In this document: one piece after another, positions 50,382-60,844 of the stretch
Numbering within the stretch: the first letter of the stretch is position 1
Layout of the letters: each line of letters starts with the position of its first letter
Source: Halodesulfurarchaeum sp.
Lineage (GTDB): Archaea > Halobacteriota > Halobacteria > Halobacteriales > Halobacteriaceae
Reading direction: 5' to 3'
Assembly (NCBI GenBank): GCA_042216015.1
Contig: JBDGUI010000013.1
Span: forward strand, 1-64,000
DNA: 64,000 bases
Made by a program: the position numbers and the translations under genes
Notes under the pieces: model-generated
What the model was told of the DNA's origin: nothing
What the model saw: the letters and a program-made list of their open reading frames with translations, nothing else
Database searches by the model: none

Positions 50382-51230
50382 ATGCGTATCGCGATTCCGA
50401 ACAAGGGGCGGCTCCACGACCCGGCCGTCGAACTCCTCGACCGGGCGGGTATCCACGTCGTCGACGGCGAGGACCGCCAGCTCTACGCCGACACGGTCGA
50501 CCCGGACATCACGATCCTCTTCGCGCGGGCCGCGGACATCCCCGAGTACATCGCCGACGGCGCGGCCGACCTCGGCATCACCGGGTTCGACCAGGCCCAG
50601 GAGGCCGACAATGAGGCGGTCGTGTCGCTTCTCGATCTGGAGTTCGGGCAGTGCCGGATCGTCGTCGCGGCCCCGGAGGACGGTGAGATCACGGATATCG
50701 AGGATCTGGACGGCAAGACCGTCGCGACGGAGTTTCCCCACATCACGAAAAAACACTTCGCCGATGCCGGCGTCGACGCCGAGATCGTCGAGGTGTCGGG
50801 GGCGACGGAACTCACCCCGCATGTCGAGATGGCCGACGCCATCGTGGACATCACGAGCACGGGCACGACCCTGGCGGTCAACCGACTCGCGATCATCGAC
50901 GAGGTTCTCGAGAGTTCGGCCCGCCTCTTCGCCCACGAGGACGTCGTGAACGACCGGAAGACCTCCGAGATCGACCGGGCGCTCGAATCGGTGCTCGCGG
51001 CGGAGGGCCGTCGCTACATCATGCTCAACGCGCCGAAGTCGAACCTCGAGAAGATCGAGGAGGTCATCCCCGGCATGGGTGGCCCGACGGTGATGGATAT
51101 CGCCGGGACCGAACAGGTCGCAATTCACGCCGTCATCAGGGAGGACGAGGTCTTTCGGACGGTCACGCGGCTCAAGGCGGAAGGGGCGACCGACATCCTC
51201 GTCACCGAGATCGAGCGGCTGGTCGAGTAG
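50382..51230 (+). CDS. hisG: ATP phosphoribosyltransferase (long form)
   Basis: [34 protein letters not shown]. Confidence 0.96.
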   Translation: MRIAIPNKGRLHDPAVELLDRAGIHVVDGEDRQLYADTVDPDITILFARAADIPEYIADGAADLGITGFDQAQEADNEAVVSLLDLEFGQCRIVVAAPEDGEITDIEDLDGKTVATEFPHITKKHFADAGVDAEIVEVSGATELTPHVEMADAIVDITSTGTTLAVNRLAIIDEVLESSARLFAHEDVVNDRKTSEIDRALESVLAAEGRRYIMLNAPKSNLEKIEEVIPGMGGPTVMDIAGTEQVAIHAVIREDEVFRTVTRLKAEGATDILVTEIERLVE

Positions 51231-51254
51231 ACAGAATCGATCGACTCCGAATCG

Positions 51255-51815
51255 CTATTCGAGCAGACCGAGTTCCTCGAGGCGGGAGACGATCTTGTCG
51301 ACGGCGTGTTCGGCGTCCTCGGGGCGCTTGCCACCGGTGATGACCAGCTTTCCGCTGCCGAAGAGGAGGGCGACGACCTCCGGCTCGTCGAGGCGGTAGA
51401 CCAGCCCGGGGAACTGCTCGGGTTCGTACTCGATGTTCTCCAGTCCGAGGCCGATGGCGATGGCGTTGAGATTGAGTTGCCGGCCCAGGTCGGCACTCGT
51501 CACGATGTTCTGGACGACGATCTCCGGCTCCTCCTCGACCTTGATTGAGAGATCACGAAGCTTGTCGAAGACGATGTGGAGGCTCTCGTGGACGTCGTCG
51601 GTGCTCTTCGCCCCGGTGCAGACGATCTTCCCGGAACGGAAGATGAGCGCAGCCGACTTGGGGTCCTGGGTCCGGTAGACCAGTCCCGGGAACTGCTCCG
51701 GGTCGTAGTCCGCCCCCTCGAGATCCATGGCGACCGACTGGAGATCGAGCTCCTGCCCGATCCCGGTCGAGGCGACCACGTTCTCGATGTTGATGGTTTC
51801 CTTGGGATCACTCAT
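51255..51815 (-). CDS. tbp: TATA-binding protein
   Basis: Two repeats NVVAS...YDPEQFPGLVYR...GKIVCTG / NIVTS...YEPEQFPGLVYR...GKLVITG. Confidence 0.98.
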   Translation of the reverse strand: MSDPKETINIENVVASTGIGQELDLQSVAMDLEGADYDPEQFPGLVYRTQDPKSAALIFRSGKIVCTGAKSTDDVHESLHIVFDKLRDLSIKVEEEPEIVVQNIVTSADLGRQLNLNAIAIGLGLENIEYEPEQFPGLVYRLDEPEVVALLFGSGKLVITGGKRPEDAEHAVDKIVSRLEELGLLE

Positions 51816-51820
51816 GTGCG

Positions 51821-51852
51821 TTTTAAGGCTTGTATTTAAGCTTTATAAATAT
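51821..51852 (-). promoter_or_regulatory. tbp promoter with three A/T tracts
   Basis: TTTATAAA at 51842-51849, plus CTTAAA copies at 51835-51840 and 51822-51827 (minus strand). Confidence 0.65.
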
Positions 51853-51993
51853 TTGCAGTGCACGACTCGTTCACACGAGCTGATGAGTCGGGAACACTGT
51901 CCGGCCGACCGCCCCGGATCGACGGTGAGTCGCAGGTCACGAACACCCCTGTGGACCGATACGCTCAGGGGGGTGGCCCGATTTGGTCCCGGC

Positions 51994-52965
51994 GTGTACG
52001 TCCTGGAGTTCGCGGGGGAGGACGATCCGTTCGCGGCGGCGGAGGCCCGGGCGGCCGCGAGCGACGTCTCCATTCTCGCCTCGGGGATCGGCACGGCCGA
52101 CACCGTCGACGTCGCCCGGGTGGGGGGACTGGCCTTCACGCGGCGGGTGTCGGAACTCGTGGGTCGGGTCGACGCCGACGTCGAGGCCGCTGCGGCACAC
52201 CTCGAACAGGTCGACGTCTCGCGATCGGGGAGCGTCGCCGTCCGGGCCAGGGACGTGCGGGGAACCGCCGATATCGACACGCAGGCCGCCGAACGGGAAC
52301 TGGGCCGGGTCCTCGTCGACCGGGGCTTTTCCGTCGACCTTTCGGCACCGGATCACACGCTCGTGGCCCTCTTCGCGGACGAGTCGGCGGTCCTCGGCTG
52401 GGAGGTCGCCACCTCGACCCGCGAGTACGGCGAGCGGGCGCCGACCGACAGACCGTTCTTCCAGCCCGGGAGCATGGACCCGCTGCTCGCCCGTGCGGTC
52501 TGTAACCTGGCCAGGATCGAGCCGGGCGACCTCGTGCTCGATCCCCTGTGTGGAACCGGCGGTTTGCTCATCGAGGCCGGGCTGCTGGGCGGCCGAGTGA
52601 TCGGCATCGACGCTCAGGAGAAGATGGTCCGGGGGACGTTGCGGAATTTACAGGCCGAACTCGACCGATCGCCGTTCGTGGCTCGTGGCGACGGAACGGC
52701 CCTCCCGCTCCCGGCGAAGAGCGTGGATGCAGTCGTCTTCGACGTCCCCTACGGCCGCCAGTCGAAAATCGAGCGCCACGGGCTCACGGATCTGGTCCGT
52801 GGTGCCCTCGCCGAGGCCAGGCGAGTGGCCCCGCGAGCCGTCGTCGTGGCCGATCGCTCCGCCGAGGCCGGAGCCCGGGAGGCCGGCTGGACGGTGCGGG
52901 AGACATACGAGCGGCGGGTCCACCGTTCGCTCACCAGGCACGTCCACGTCCTGCGTGCCGACTGA
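51994..52965 (+). CDS. trmG10: tRNA (guanine10-N2)-methyltransferase, THUMP plus MTase
   Basis: RPFFQPGSMDPLLARA, LDPLCGTGG, FDVPYGR; GTG start. Confidence 0.88.
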   Translation: MYVLEFAGEDDPFAAAEARAAASDVSILASGIGTADTVDVARVGGLAFTRRVSELVGRVDADVEAAAAHLEQVDVSRSGSVAVRARDVRGTADIDTQAAERELGRVLVDRGFSVDLSAPDHTLVALFADESAVLGWEVATSTREYGERAPTDRPFFQPGSMDPLLARAVCNLARIEPGDLVLDPLCGTGGLLIEAGLLGGRVIGIDAQEKMVRGTLRNLQAELDRSPFVARGDGTALPLPAKSVDAVVFDVPYGRQSKIERHGLTDLVRGALAEARRVAPRAVVVADRSAEAGAREAGWTVRETYERRVHRSLTRHVHVLRAD

Positions 52966-54010
52966 GCTCTCGGGGTTTCGGGGATCGGGACGGTTCGAGA
53001 GTGGCGTCCGGATCCAGCAGCGAGAGGAAGTGTGCGAGGTGGATCCGGGCACTCGTTCCCCGGGTGAGGTCGAATTCGACCCGGCCGGCGACCTCGTGGA
53101 GTTTCGCGAGCCTGGCCCCGCTGTGGCGCGTTCGAACGGCATCCATCATCTCCTCGAGGAGTTCCTCCCCCGAGCGCCCCTCGTCGATGAGGAGGTCGTC
53201 GAGGATCGATCGTGCGTCCTGGAACTCGCCGGCCTCCGCGGCGTCGAGCATCTCCGCGATGCGGTCGTCCAGGCCCACGTCCTGCAGCGGTTCCAGCACG
53301 GCTGTCCCCCGCAGTTCGCCGATCTCCTCGAATGCGGTCTGGGCGGCCAGAATCGCCTCCCGGAGGTCTCCCTCGGCGTAGGAGGCCAGGTACGAGAGTC
53401 CCTCCTCGTCGTACTCGACGCCCTCGTCGGTCGCGATCGACTCGAGGACGGCGACGGTCTCCTCGCGGGTCGGGGCCCGCACCGGGATCGGGACACACCG
53501 CGACCGGATCGGCGAGATGAGCTTGCTCGGTTGTCGGGTGGTGATGACGAACTGGGTGGCCTCGTAGTACTGCTCCATCACCCGCCTGAGAGCCTGCTGG
53601 AAGTCCTCCCGGATCGCCTCCGCGTTGTCGAGCAGGATCGTGTTGTACGAGCCGGACACCGGCGGGTGGCTCGCGCTCTCGGTGAGGACGTGGTTGATCA
53701 GATCGGCCTTCGATGAGTTGCGCTTCCGCTTCGGGGTGATGAACCGCTCGAAGCGGGGGTCCTCGCTCAACTCGTTTTTGGTCATCCCGAAGAAGTCAGC
53801 GACGTTGATCTCGATCAGGTCGCCCGCCGGGTCCTCGTGGGCCGCGTCCGCGAGCGCGCGCACGGCGGCCGTCTTCCCCACTCCGGCGGGACCATGCAGG
53901 ACGAGATTAACCGGCTCGTCGACCGCATCCGCGAGCCGATCCCGCACCGATTCCTGGGGGAGTTCCGACAGGTCGGGGGCGTGCCGGTCGATCCAGAGGG
54001 GCCGCTCCAT
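52931..54010 (-). CDS. rfcC: Replication factor C small-subunit-like AAA+ protein
   Basis: LWIDRHAP, GPAGVGKT, QQALRRVMEQ, PIRSRC, GDLR. Confidence 0.85.
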   Translation of the reverse strand: MERPLWIDRHAPDLSELPQESVRDRLADAVDEPVNLVLHGPAGVGKTAAVRALADAAHEDPAGDLIEINVADFFGMTKNELSEDPRFERFITPKRKRNSSKADLINHVLTESASHPPVSGSYNTILLDNAEAIREDFQQALRRVMEQYYEATQFVITTRQPSKLISPIRSRCVPIPVRAPTREETVAVLESIATDEGVEYDEEGLSYLASYAEGDLREAILAAQTAFEEIGELRGTAVLEPLQDVGLDDRIAEMLDAAEAGEFQDARSILDDLLIDEGRSGEELLEEMMDAVRTRHSGARLAKLHEVAGRVEFDLTRGTSARIHLAHFLSLLDPDATLEPSRSPKPRELSRHAGRGRAW

Positions 54011-54101
54011 CGGGCGTGGGTACCCGTCGGCCGGATAAGAATCGGTCGGTCTCCCGGGCCGGGTCCGAAGCGGGTTTACCGGGACCGGCCGAAACGGGGG
54101 T

Positions 54102-55028
54102 ATGACCCTTCGCGTGACGTTTCTGGGGACCAGCGGGGCCATTCCGACGACGGCCCGCAACCCCTGTTCGATCTTCTGCCGGCGGGCCGGCGAGGCCTTT
54201 CTCTTCGACGTCGGGGAGGGGACCCAGCGCCAGATGATGCGGTTTGGGACCGGATTCGACATCGACGCGGTCTTTCTGACTCACGTCCACGGCGATCACG
54301 TCCTCGGTCTCCCTGGCCTGATCCAGACCTGGGGGTTCAACGAGCGGACCGACCCGCTCGCGATCTACACCCCGCGGGGAACCCGGACCGAAGTCGTCTC
54401 CCTCATCCACGCGATCACTGAGGAACCGGCCTATCCCATCACGGTGGAGGAGGTCACGCCCGGCTCGACCGTCCGGGAGCGCGAGGAATACGAGATCCGG
54501 GCCATCGAGGTCGACCATCGCACCTCTGCGGTGGGATATGCGCTCGTGGAGGCCGACCGAAAGGGTCGCTTCGACCGCGAGCGTGCCGAGGAACTGGGCG
54601 TCCCGGCCGGGCCGAAGTTCTCGCGGCTTCACGAGGGGGAGTCGGTGGAACTCGAGGATGGGACCGTCGTCGAGCCCGAGCAAGTCGTCGGCCCGTCGAG
54701 ACCCGGTCGCCGACTCGTCTACACGGGAGATACGCGCCCCGTCGGGTCACTCGAATCGGCCGCCCGTGACGCGGATCTCCTGATTCACGACGCGACGTTC
54801 GCCGAGGCCCAACGCGACCGGGCTCGCGAGACTGGCCACTCGACCGCCCGGGAGGCCGGCCGGCTCGCGACCCGGGCAGGGGCGAAGCGATTGGCACTGA
54901 CACACGTCTCACCGCGCTACGCGGGCGATTCGGGGATCCTCCTCACGGAAGCACGCGACGCCTACGACGGCGAGGTGATACTCGCCGAAGACGGCCAGAC
55001 GATCGAGATCCCGTATCCGGACGAGTAG
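54102..55028 (+). CDS. rnz: Ribonuclease Z
   Basis: FLGTSGAIPT, THVHGDHVLG, GP-rich exosite, TGDT, HDATF, GHST, THVSPRY. Confidence 0.96.
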   Translation: MTLRVTFLGTSGAIPTTARNPCSIFCRRAGEAFLFDVGEGTQRQMMRFGTGFDIDAVFLTHVHGDHVLGLPGLIQTWGFNERTDPLAIYTPRGTRTEVVSLIHAITEEPAYPITVEEVTPGSTVREREEYEIRAIEVDHRTSAVGYALVEADRKGRFDRERAEELGVPAGPKFSRLHEGESVELEDGTVVEPEQVVGPSRPGRRLVYTGDTRPVGSLESAARDADLLIHDATFAEAQRDRARETGHSTAREAGRLATRAGAKRLALTHVSPRYAGDSGILLTEARDAYDGEVILAEDGQTIEIPYPDE

Positions 55029-55087
55029 GTCGGGCGTTTCGTTCGAACCGCGCTTGATGCGAAAAAACCGCCCCGAAATCGGGCCCT

Positions 55088-55405
55088 TCAGCCGTACTTG
55101 TAGGTCATTCCCGACCCGTTGGGTGGGTTCTCCCAGATGACGTTGTCGTAGGGGCAGGCCCAGCGACAGCTGCCACACTCGAGGCAGTTCTCGTAGGCGA
55201 TGAGGGGGACGCCGTCCTCCTCGCCCTCGTTACGCCAGACGTTCGCGGGACAGACCGAGACGCAGTCGTAGGTCTCACAGTCGATGCAGGTGTCCTCCTC
55301 GAAGACGCCGAGGTGGGAGTCCTCGTGGTCGGTGTACTTGTTGGCGTAGAGGCGATCCTCGATGCTCGGCCGCTCGACCTCGGGTGTCTTTGGTTGTGCG
55401 CTCAT
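55088..55405 (-). CDS. fixX: FixX-like ferredoxin
   Basis: CIDCETYDCVSVCPA...YENCLECGSCRWACP...WENPPNGSG..YKYG. Confidence 0.9.
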   Translation of the reverse strand: MSAQPKTPEVERPSIEDRLYANKYTDHEDSHLGVFEEDTCIDCETYDCVSVCPANVWRNEGEEDGVPLIAYENCLECGSCRWACPYDNVIWENPPNGSGMTYKYG

Positions 55406-56736
55406 GAGAGGAGTTTCCGGTATTTCCAGGCCTTCTTCGCCGCGCCGGTCCAGCCGCCGAGGGCGCGTATCACCATCGTCTTCGCGCGGGTCGCGTGAGT
55501 CTCTTTCGGCTCGTAATCCTGGCGGAAGAACTCCTCCTCGGCGTTTGCGACCACGTCCGGCAACTCGGTGAAGAGGAAGTCCTTCTCGCCCCGGGCGAAG
55601 TCGCCGAACCAGTCGTAGTTCCGGAGGTTCTCGAGCACGTAGGAGTCCTCGATGCGGTCGGGATACCCCTGCAGTCCCTCGGCGTCCGTTCGGCCCGCCT
55701 CGACGGCCTCCGCGACGGCCTCGCCGGCCAGATAGCCGCTCTCGACGGCCATGTTCGTGCCCTCGAGGTGGATGCCGTTGTTGAGCACGAGGCTGGCCGC
55801 GTCGCCGACGATGACGGCCCCGTCGTGAGCGAGGTCCGGGACCGCAGAGGCCCCGCCCTCGGGGATGGCCTTGGCCGAATACTCGACCACGCGACCGCCC
55901 TTGACCAGCGGTGCGACGGCCGGATGCTCCTTGAAGTCCGAAAGCACCTCGTCCGGCTTTCGTGGGTCCTCGACGGCGTCGGCGATGGTGTAGGCCAGGC
56001 CGATGGCGAGGGTGCGCTTGTTCGTGTAGATGAAGCCACCGCCGACGGCGTTTCCGCAGGCTCCTTCACCGAAGTAATGGTAGGCCGCGCCGTCGTCCTC
56101 GCCCAGGCCGAAGCGCTCCTGGATCGTCTCTCGGTCGTACTTCCTGACCTCCTTCACGCCGATGGCGACCTCGTCGCGCTCGTCGGGCTCCTTGAGCCCG
56201 GCGGCCTCGGCGACGAGGGAGTTGCCACCCTCGGCCAGCACGACGACCGGTGCCCGGATCGTCCCGTCCGGTCGGTCGGTCTCGACGCCGACGATCGAGT
56301 CCCCGTCGTCCCGGAGCAGCCCCGTCACCGTGGTCTGGGTGACGACCGTGGCACCCGCCGCCTCGGCCTGCTCGGCGAACCACTCGTCGAAGTTGCTCCT
56401 GAGGACGGTGTAGGTGTCGTTGTGTGGCTCCTCCCGCCAGGCCCCCGGCCGCATCGAGACGGCGGTCTCGTCGGTCTCGGAGAGCAGGCTGAACTGCTTC
56501 TCCGCCAGGTAGCGCTCGACCGGGGCGTCCTCGAAGTCCTCGCCGGCGAGTTCCCGGATCCGGGGGGTGAACAGGGTCCCGCCGAAGACGTTCTTCGCGC
56601 CGGGGTAGTTTCCCCGTTCGATGACGAGTGGCTCCAGTCCCCGCTGGGCCATGGTCAACGCGGCCGCACTGCCCGCGAGGCCGGCCCCGACGACGATGGC
56701 GTCGAAGTGGTCGTCGTAGTTCGGCGTTTCAGTCAT
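55402..56736 (-). CDS. fixC: FixC-like ETF:quinone oxidoreductase
   Basis: GAGLAG, ERGNYPGAKNVFGG, GGGFIYTNK, IPEGG, GDAA, EGTNMAVESG. Confidence 0.9.
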   Translation of the reverse strand: MTETPNYDDHFDAIVVGAGLAGSAAALTMAQRGLEPLVIERGNYPGAKNVFGGTLFTPRIRELAGEDFEDAPVERYLAEKQFSLLSETDETAVSMRPGAWREEPHNDTYTVLRSNFDEWFAEQAEAAGATVVTQTTVTGLLRDDGDSIVGVETDRPDGTIRAPVVVLAEGGNSLVAEAAGLKEPDERDEVAIGVKEVRKYDRETIQERFGLGEDDGAAYHYFGEGACGNAVGGGFIYTNKRTLAIGLAYTIADAVEDPRKPDEVLSDFKEHPAVAPLVKGGRVVEYSAKAIPEGGASAVPDLAHDGAVIVGDAASLVLNNGIHLEGTNMAVESGYLAGEAVAEAVEAGRTDAEGLQGYPDRIEDSYVLENLRNYDWFGDFARGEKDFLFTELPDVVANAEEEFFRQDYEPKETHATRAKTMVIRALGGWTGAAKKAWKYRKLLS

Positions 56737-57746
56737 GCTGTTTCCTCCATCGTGTTCCGAATCGCATCTGTGAGGGCGGGCAGGATCTCGAAGAGGTCAC
56801 CGACCAGCCCATAGTCGGCATCGTCGAAGATCGGTGCGTTCGGGTCGTCGTTGATCGCGACGATGGTCTTCGAGTCGTTCATGCCCTCGAGGTGCTGGAT
56901 GGCGCCGCTGATGCCAGCGGCGATGTAGAGATCGGGTTTGACGGTCTTTCCGGTCTGTCCGACCTGTCTGGCAGCCTCGATCCATCCCTCCTCGACGGCC
57001 TCGCGTGTCGCGGCCACCTCGCCCCCCAGGACCTCGGCGAGATCCTCGATGGGGCCGAAGTCGCCCTCGGTGCCGAAGCCACCCGCGACGATCACCTCCG
57101 CGTCGGTGATGTCGGTGATGTCGCCCACGACCCGCTCGATGACCCGGGCGTGGACACTCGACTCGTCCACACCGGCCTCGATCTCCGTGATCGTCCCCTC
57201 GCGGTCGGGGTCCGGCTCGGCCGCGTCGAAGACGCCGGGTCGGACCGTCGCCATCTGTGGCCGGTGGTCGACGCACTTGATCGTCGCCATCGCGTCGCCG
57301 CCGAAGGTGGGTCGCTTGGCCAAAAGCAAGTCGGTGTCGGCCTCGATCTCGAGTTCCGTACAGTCGGCAGTCAGACCGGCGTAGGTCGGGACGGCCACGC
57401 GGCCGGCGAAGTCCCGGCCGGTGTGACTGCCGCCGATGAGGACGACGTCCGGTTTGCGCTCCTCGACGAGGATTCGGAACTGCTCCCCGTACGGGCCGGG
57501 GAGGTACGGTTCGAAGATCCCGTCCTCGACCACGAGCACCTCGTCGGCCCCGCGCTTCGTGGCTTCCGCTGCGAGGTGGGTCACCTCCTCGCCCATGACC
57601 AGCGCCACGAGTCGCTCGCCCTTCGCGTCCGCGAGTTCTCGCCCCTTCTGGAGCAGCTCCCACGAGACCTTGGCGGGCTCGCCGTCGTGCTGTTCGATGA
57701 AGACCCAGACGTCCTCGTATTCCTCGGTGTTCACTTCACCCGGCAT
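56733..57746 (-). CDS. fixB: Electron transfer flavoprotein alpha subunit (FixB)
   Basis: [41 protein letters not shown]. Confidence 0.93.
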   Translation of the reverse strand: MPGEVNTEEYEDVWVFIEQHDGEPAKVSWELLQKGRELADAKGERLVALVMGEEVTHLAAEATKRGADEVLVVEDGIFEPYLPGPYGEQFRILVEERKPDVVLIGGSHTGRDFAGRVAVPTYAGLTADCTELEIEADTDLLLAKRPTFGGDAMATIKCVDHRPQMATVRPGVFDAAEPDPDREGTITEIEAGVDESSVHARVIERVVGDITDITDAEVIVAGGFGTEGDFGPIEDLAEVLGGEVAATREAVEEGWIEAARQVGQTGKTVKPDLYIAAGISGAIQHLEGMNDSKTIVAINDDPNAPIFDDADYGLVGDLFEILPALTDAIRNTMEETA

Positions 57747-58532
57747 CTAGATCGCCCCCTCCTCGCGGAGTGCCTCGACGAGTTCATCGACCGAGTCAAG
57801 CATCTGCCGTTTGCGCTCGACCGGCTCGGCGGTGTCCATGCCGCCGACGGAGGTGGGCGAGGCCGCAAGCCCCACGGATTCCTCGATGCCGAGGTCACTC
57901 GCGGTGTACTGCTCGGGCTCGAACTCCGTCTCGGAGTAGATCTTCCGATGGAGTCCGGCGACCCGGGGCTCGTTCATGCCGAAACCGACGGCCACGACGA
58001 CCGGGAGGCTTGCGGCGACCTCCTCGTGTCCCCCCTCGATGTCCCGGATCGCAACCAGTTCGTCGTCCTCGGGATGCGGGTCGAGTTCCTCGACGTAGGT
58101 GAGCTGGGACCAGTCGTTGTGGGCGGCGATCCCCGGTGGCACCTGCCCCGTCGAGGAGTCGGTACTCTCCTCGCCGCAGATCACCACGTCTGCGTCGAGT
58201 TCCTTCGCGATCGAGGCCAGCGCCAGGCTCGTCGGCCAGGTGTCACTGCCGCCGAAGGCCCGGTCGGTGAGGAGCACGCCGTCGTCGGCTCCGAGGCCGA
58301 CCGCCGTCTCGAGGACGGCTTTTGCGAATGGCGGGCCCATCGTGACGGCGGTCACCGTGCCGCCGACCGCCGCTTTCAGTTCCAGGGCCGCCTCGATCGC
58401 GTTGTAGTCGGGCTTGTTGAGGACGGCCTCGGCGTCGGAGCGATTCAGCGTTCCGGTGTCGGGATCGATCGAGACGTCGTCCGCGTCGGGCACCTGTTTG
58501 ACGCAGACGACTATGTTCCATTCTCGTGACAT
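57747..58532 (-). CDS. fixA: Electron transfer flavoprotein beta subunit (FixA)
   Basis: VCVKQVPD, TMGPP, DRAFGGSDT, DSSTGQV. Confidence 0.93.
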   Translation of the reverse strand: MSREWNIVVCVKQVPDADDVSIDPDTGTLNRSDAEAVLNKPDYNAIEAALELKAAVGGTVTAVTMGPPFAKAVLETAVGLGADDGVLLTDRAFGGSDTWPTSLALASIAKELDADVVICGEESTDSSTGQVPPGIAAHNDWSQLTYVEELDPHPEDDELVAIRDIEGGHEEVAASLPVVVAVGFGMNEPRVAGLHRKIYSETEFEPEQYTASDLGIEESVGLAASPTSVGGMDTAEPVERKRQMLDSVDELVEALREEGAI

Positions 58533-58812
58533 ATGCGTATCGATGGTGGTAGGCCGGCTCCGTGATCCGATCCGATCGTCCGGCTAGCGGGCGGGAAACG
58601 CGTTCTAACGGGCGGTAGATTTGCCCTCCAACCGGTCGCGCGCCGGGTCTCTTGCACCAGTGTTGGCAAACTTTGCGGGCCCCAGCAATGAATCCACCTC
58701 TTTTTCCCGGTGGACGGCAGTGCAGGTTCGGCCCCCTCGCACATGGTCACCGAACGGAACAACCCCGCTGGCCCGGAACGGACTTATTTGGCTCGCCACC
58801 TTATCCAGTCCC

Positions 58813-60807
58813 GTGAGCACCCGGACCGAGGCCCTCGACGCCCTGGTCTTCGGCGTCGACGTGCAGAGCGGCGACGTGCGCGGGGACACGCCGTCCTATG
58901 CGCTCTGTGTCTTCGACGGGAAGCCGGTGGAACGGACGACGGTGAGCTATCACAACCTCCTCCGGCGGATTCAGGACGTCGAACCCGATCTCGTCGCGAC
59001 GGACAACATGTACGAACTGGCGGCGGACAAGGACGACCTCGTTCGCTTTCTCCAGCGTCTGCCGGCAGAAACCACGCTCGTCCAGGTGACCGGCGACGAA
59101 CGGCCGGAACCCCTCTCCCGGGTGGCCAACCGGCATGGCGTCCCGTACGACACGGACCCGATGGCCGAAGCCGAGGCCGCAGCGCGGCTCGCGGCGCGGA
59201 ACGTCGGCTCCGCCGTTCGGGCCTTCGCCGATCGCACGACGGTGAAGATCTCGAGAGGGCGCTCGATCGGGAAGGGCGGATCGAGCGAAGATCGGTACAC
59301 CCGCCGGATCCACGGCCACGTCAAGACCGAGGCCCGACGCGTGGAGTCCGCCCTCGAGGAGGCCGGACTGGAGTTCGAGCGGGAGGTGACCGAGAAGTAC
59401 GGCGGTTTTTCGAACGCGGTTTTCACGGTCGAGGCACCGGTGAGCGAGATTCCCGTGTCCGCCGGCCGCTCGGGTGACACCAGAATCGAGATCGAGCCGG
59501 TCGAGCGCGATGGCATCGACTTCCAACCGCTCGTGACCCGGCGAGACAGGGTCTTCGTCGGCGTCGACCCCGGCACGACGACCGCCGTGGGGATCGTGGA
59601 CCTCGACGGGAATCCACTTGCGACCTGGCACAGCCGGACCGCCGACAGGGCCCGGGTCATCGAGTGGATCATCGAGCGCGGGCAGCCGGTGCTCGTTGCC
59701 GCCGACGTGACGCCGATGCCCGAGACCGTCGAGAAGATCCGGCGGAGCTTCGACGCGGCGGCCTGGACCCCCGCGACGGACCTGCCGGTCGACGAGAAGC
59801 TTCACCGGACCCGCGAGGCGGCGACGGCGAACGACCACGAGCGGGACGCTCTCGCCGCGGCGCTTTACGCGTTCGACGCCCACGAGGAGACGATCGAGCG
59901 AGTCGTCTCGAAGGCGCCCCGGACGGCCGACCGGGAGGCGGTCGTTGGCCGGGTGATCAAAGAACAAACCTCCGTGGAGGCGGTCCTCAGGGAACAGGAG
60001 GAGACCCAGGCGGAATCGGACACCGAAACGGAGTCGGAACCCGCCGAACCGAGCCCCGAACAGCGTCGGATCCGCGATCTCGAAACACAGGTCGAGCGAC
60101 TCCAGTCCCACGTCGAGGATCTCAAGGGCCGCCTCGACGAGAAGGACGCGACCATCGAGGATCTCCAGGACCGGCTCACCGAGGCCAAGCGCGAGGAGCG
60201 AACCGAGGCCCGCGCCCGCCGGGAGGTCTCGAGGCTTCAGTGGGAGACCGATCGGTTGGAGGCCGAACTCGAGGAGGAGCGCCGTGCGCGCGAGGACCTC
60301 GAGGGGAAACTCGAGCGGCTGAAGGAACTCTGGAAGCTCGATCACTCGAACTTCCCCGACGTGGACCAGTCCGGCGATCTCACCCCGGTCAAGGTGGTCG
60401 AGAAGTTCACCGTCGAGGCGATCGAAGCCACCCACGAGACCTACGGAATTGCGGCCGGGGACGTCGTCTACCTCCGGGACGCCTCCGGGGCTGGCCGTCG
60501 GACGGCCGAGCGGCTGGTCGAGTTCGAACCGCGGCTCGTCGTGCGGAACGGCGGGATCTCGGACGTGGCCGACCGATTGCTCTTCGAGAACGAGGTCCCC
60601 CTGGCTCCGGCCGAACTGGTGACGATCCAGGAGGTCGACGAGCTGGCGGTGGCCCGCGAGGCTGACGTCGAGGCGGCGATCGAGGACTGGGAGGACCGGG
60701 CCGCGGAGCGCCGCCGCTCACGGAATGCCGAAATGGTCGATCAACTCATCTCCGAGCACCGGGCCGACCGGCGGGACGCCGACCCGAGCGAGTTGCTCGA
60801 TTCCTGA
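58813..60807 (+). CDS. DUF460 protein (RNase H-like fold plus coiled coil)
   Basis: GVDPGTTTAVG, GGSSEDRYTRR, NDHERDALAAA, long coiled coil; GTG start. Confidence 0.88.
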   Translation: MSTRTEALDALVFGVDVQSGDVRGDTPSYALCVFDGKPVERTTVSYHNLLRRIQDVEPDLVATDNMYELAADKDDLVRFLQRLPAETTLVQVTGDERPEPLSRVANRHGVPYDTDPMAEAEAAARLAARNVGSAVRAFADRTTVKISRGRSIGKGGSSEDRYTRRIHGHVKTEARRVESALEEAGLEFEREVTEKYGGFSNAVFTVEAPVSEIPVSAGRSGDTRIEIEPVERDGIDFQPLVTRRDRVFVGVDPGTTTAVGIVDLDGNPLATWHSRTADRARVIEWIIERGQPVLVAADVTPMPETVEKIRRSFDAAAWTPATDLPVDEKLHRTREAATANDHERDALAAALYAFDAHEETIERVVSKAPRTADREAVVGRVIKEQTSVEAVLREQEETQAESDTETESEPAEPSPEQRRIRDLETQVERLQSHVEDLKGRLDEKDATIEDLQDRLTEAKREERTEARARREVSRLQWETDRLEAELEEERRAREDLEGKLERLKELWKLDHSNFPDVDQSGDLTPVKVVEKFTVEAIEATHETYGIAAGDVVYLRDASGAGRRTAERLVEFEPRLVVRNGGISDVADRLLFENEVPLAPAELVTIQEVDELAVAREADVEAAIEDWEDRAAERRRSRNAEMVDQLISEHRADRRDADPSELLDS

Positions 60808-60844
60808 GGTTCGAGTGGCGGATCGAACAGGTGGCCTGCAGGAA

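Noticed and set aside
58545..58640. FMN riboswitch upstream of the flavoprotein operon
   Set aside because: Only vague echoes (GGGCAAATC, GGAGCCG); the conserved AGTCCGGATGGGAG-type 3' block and the pairing pattern are absent.
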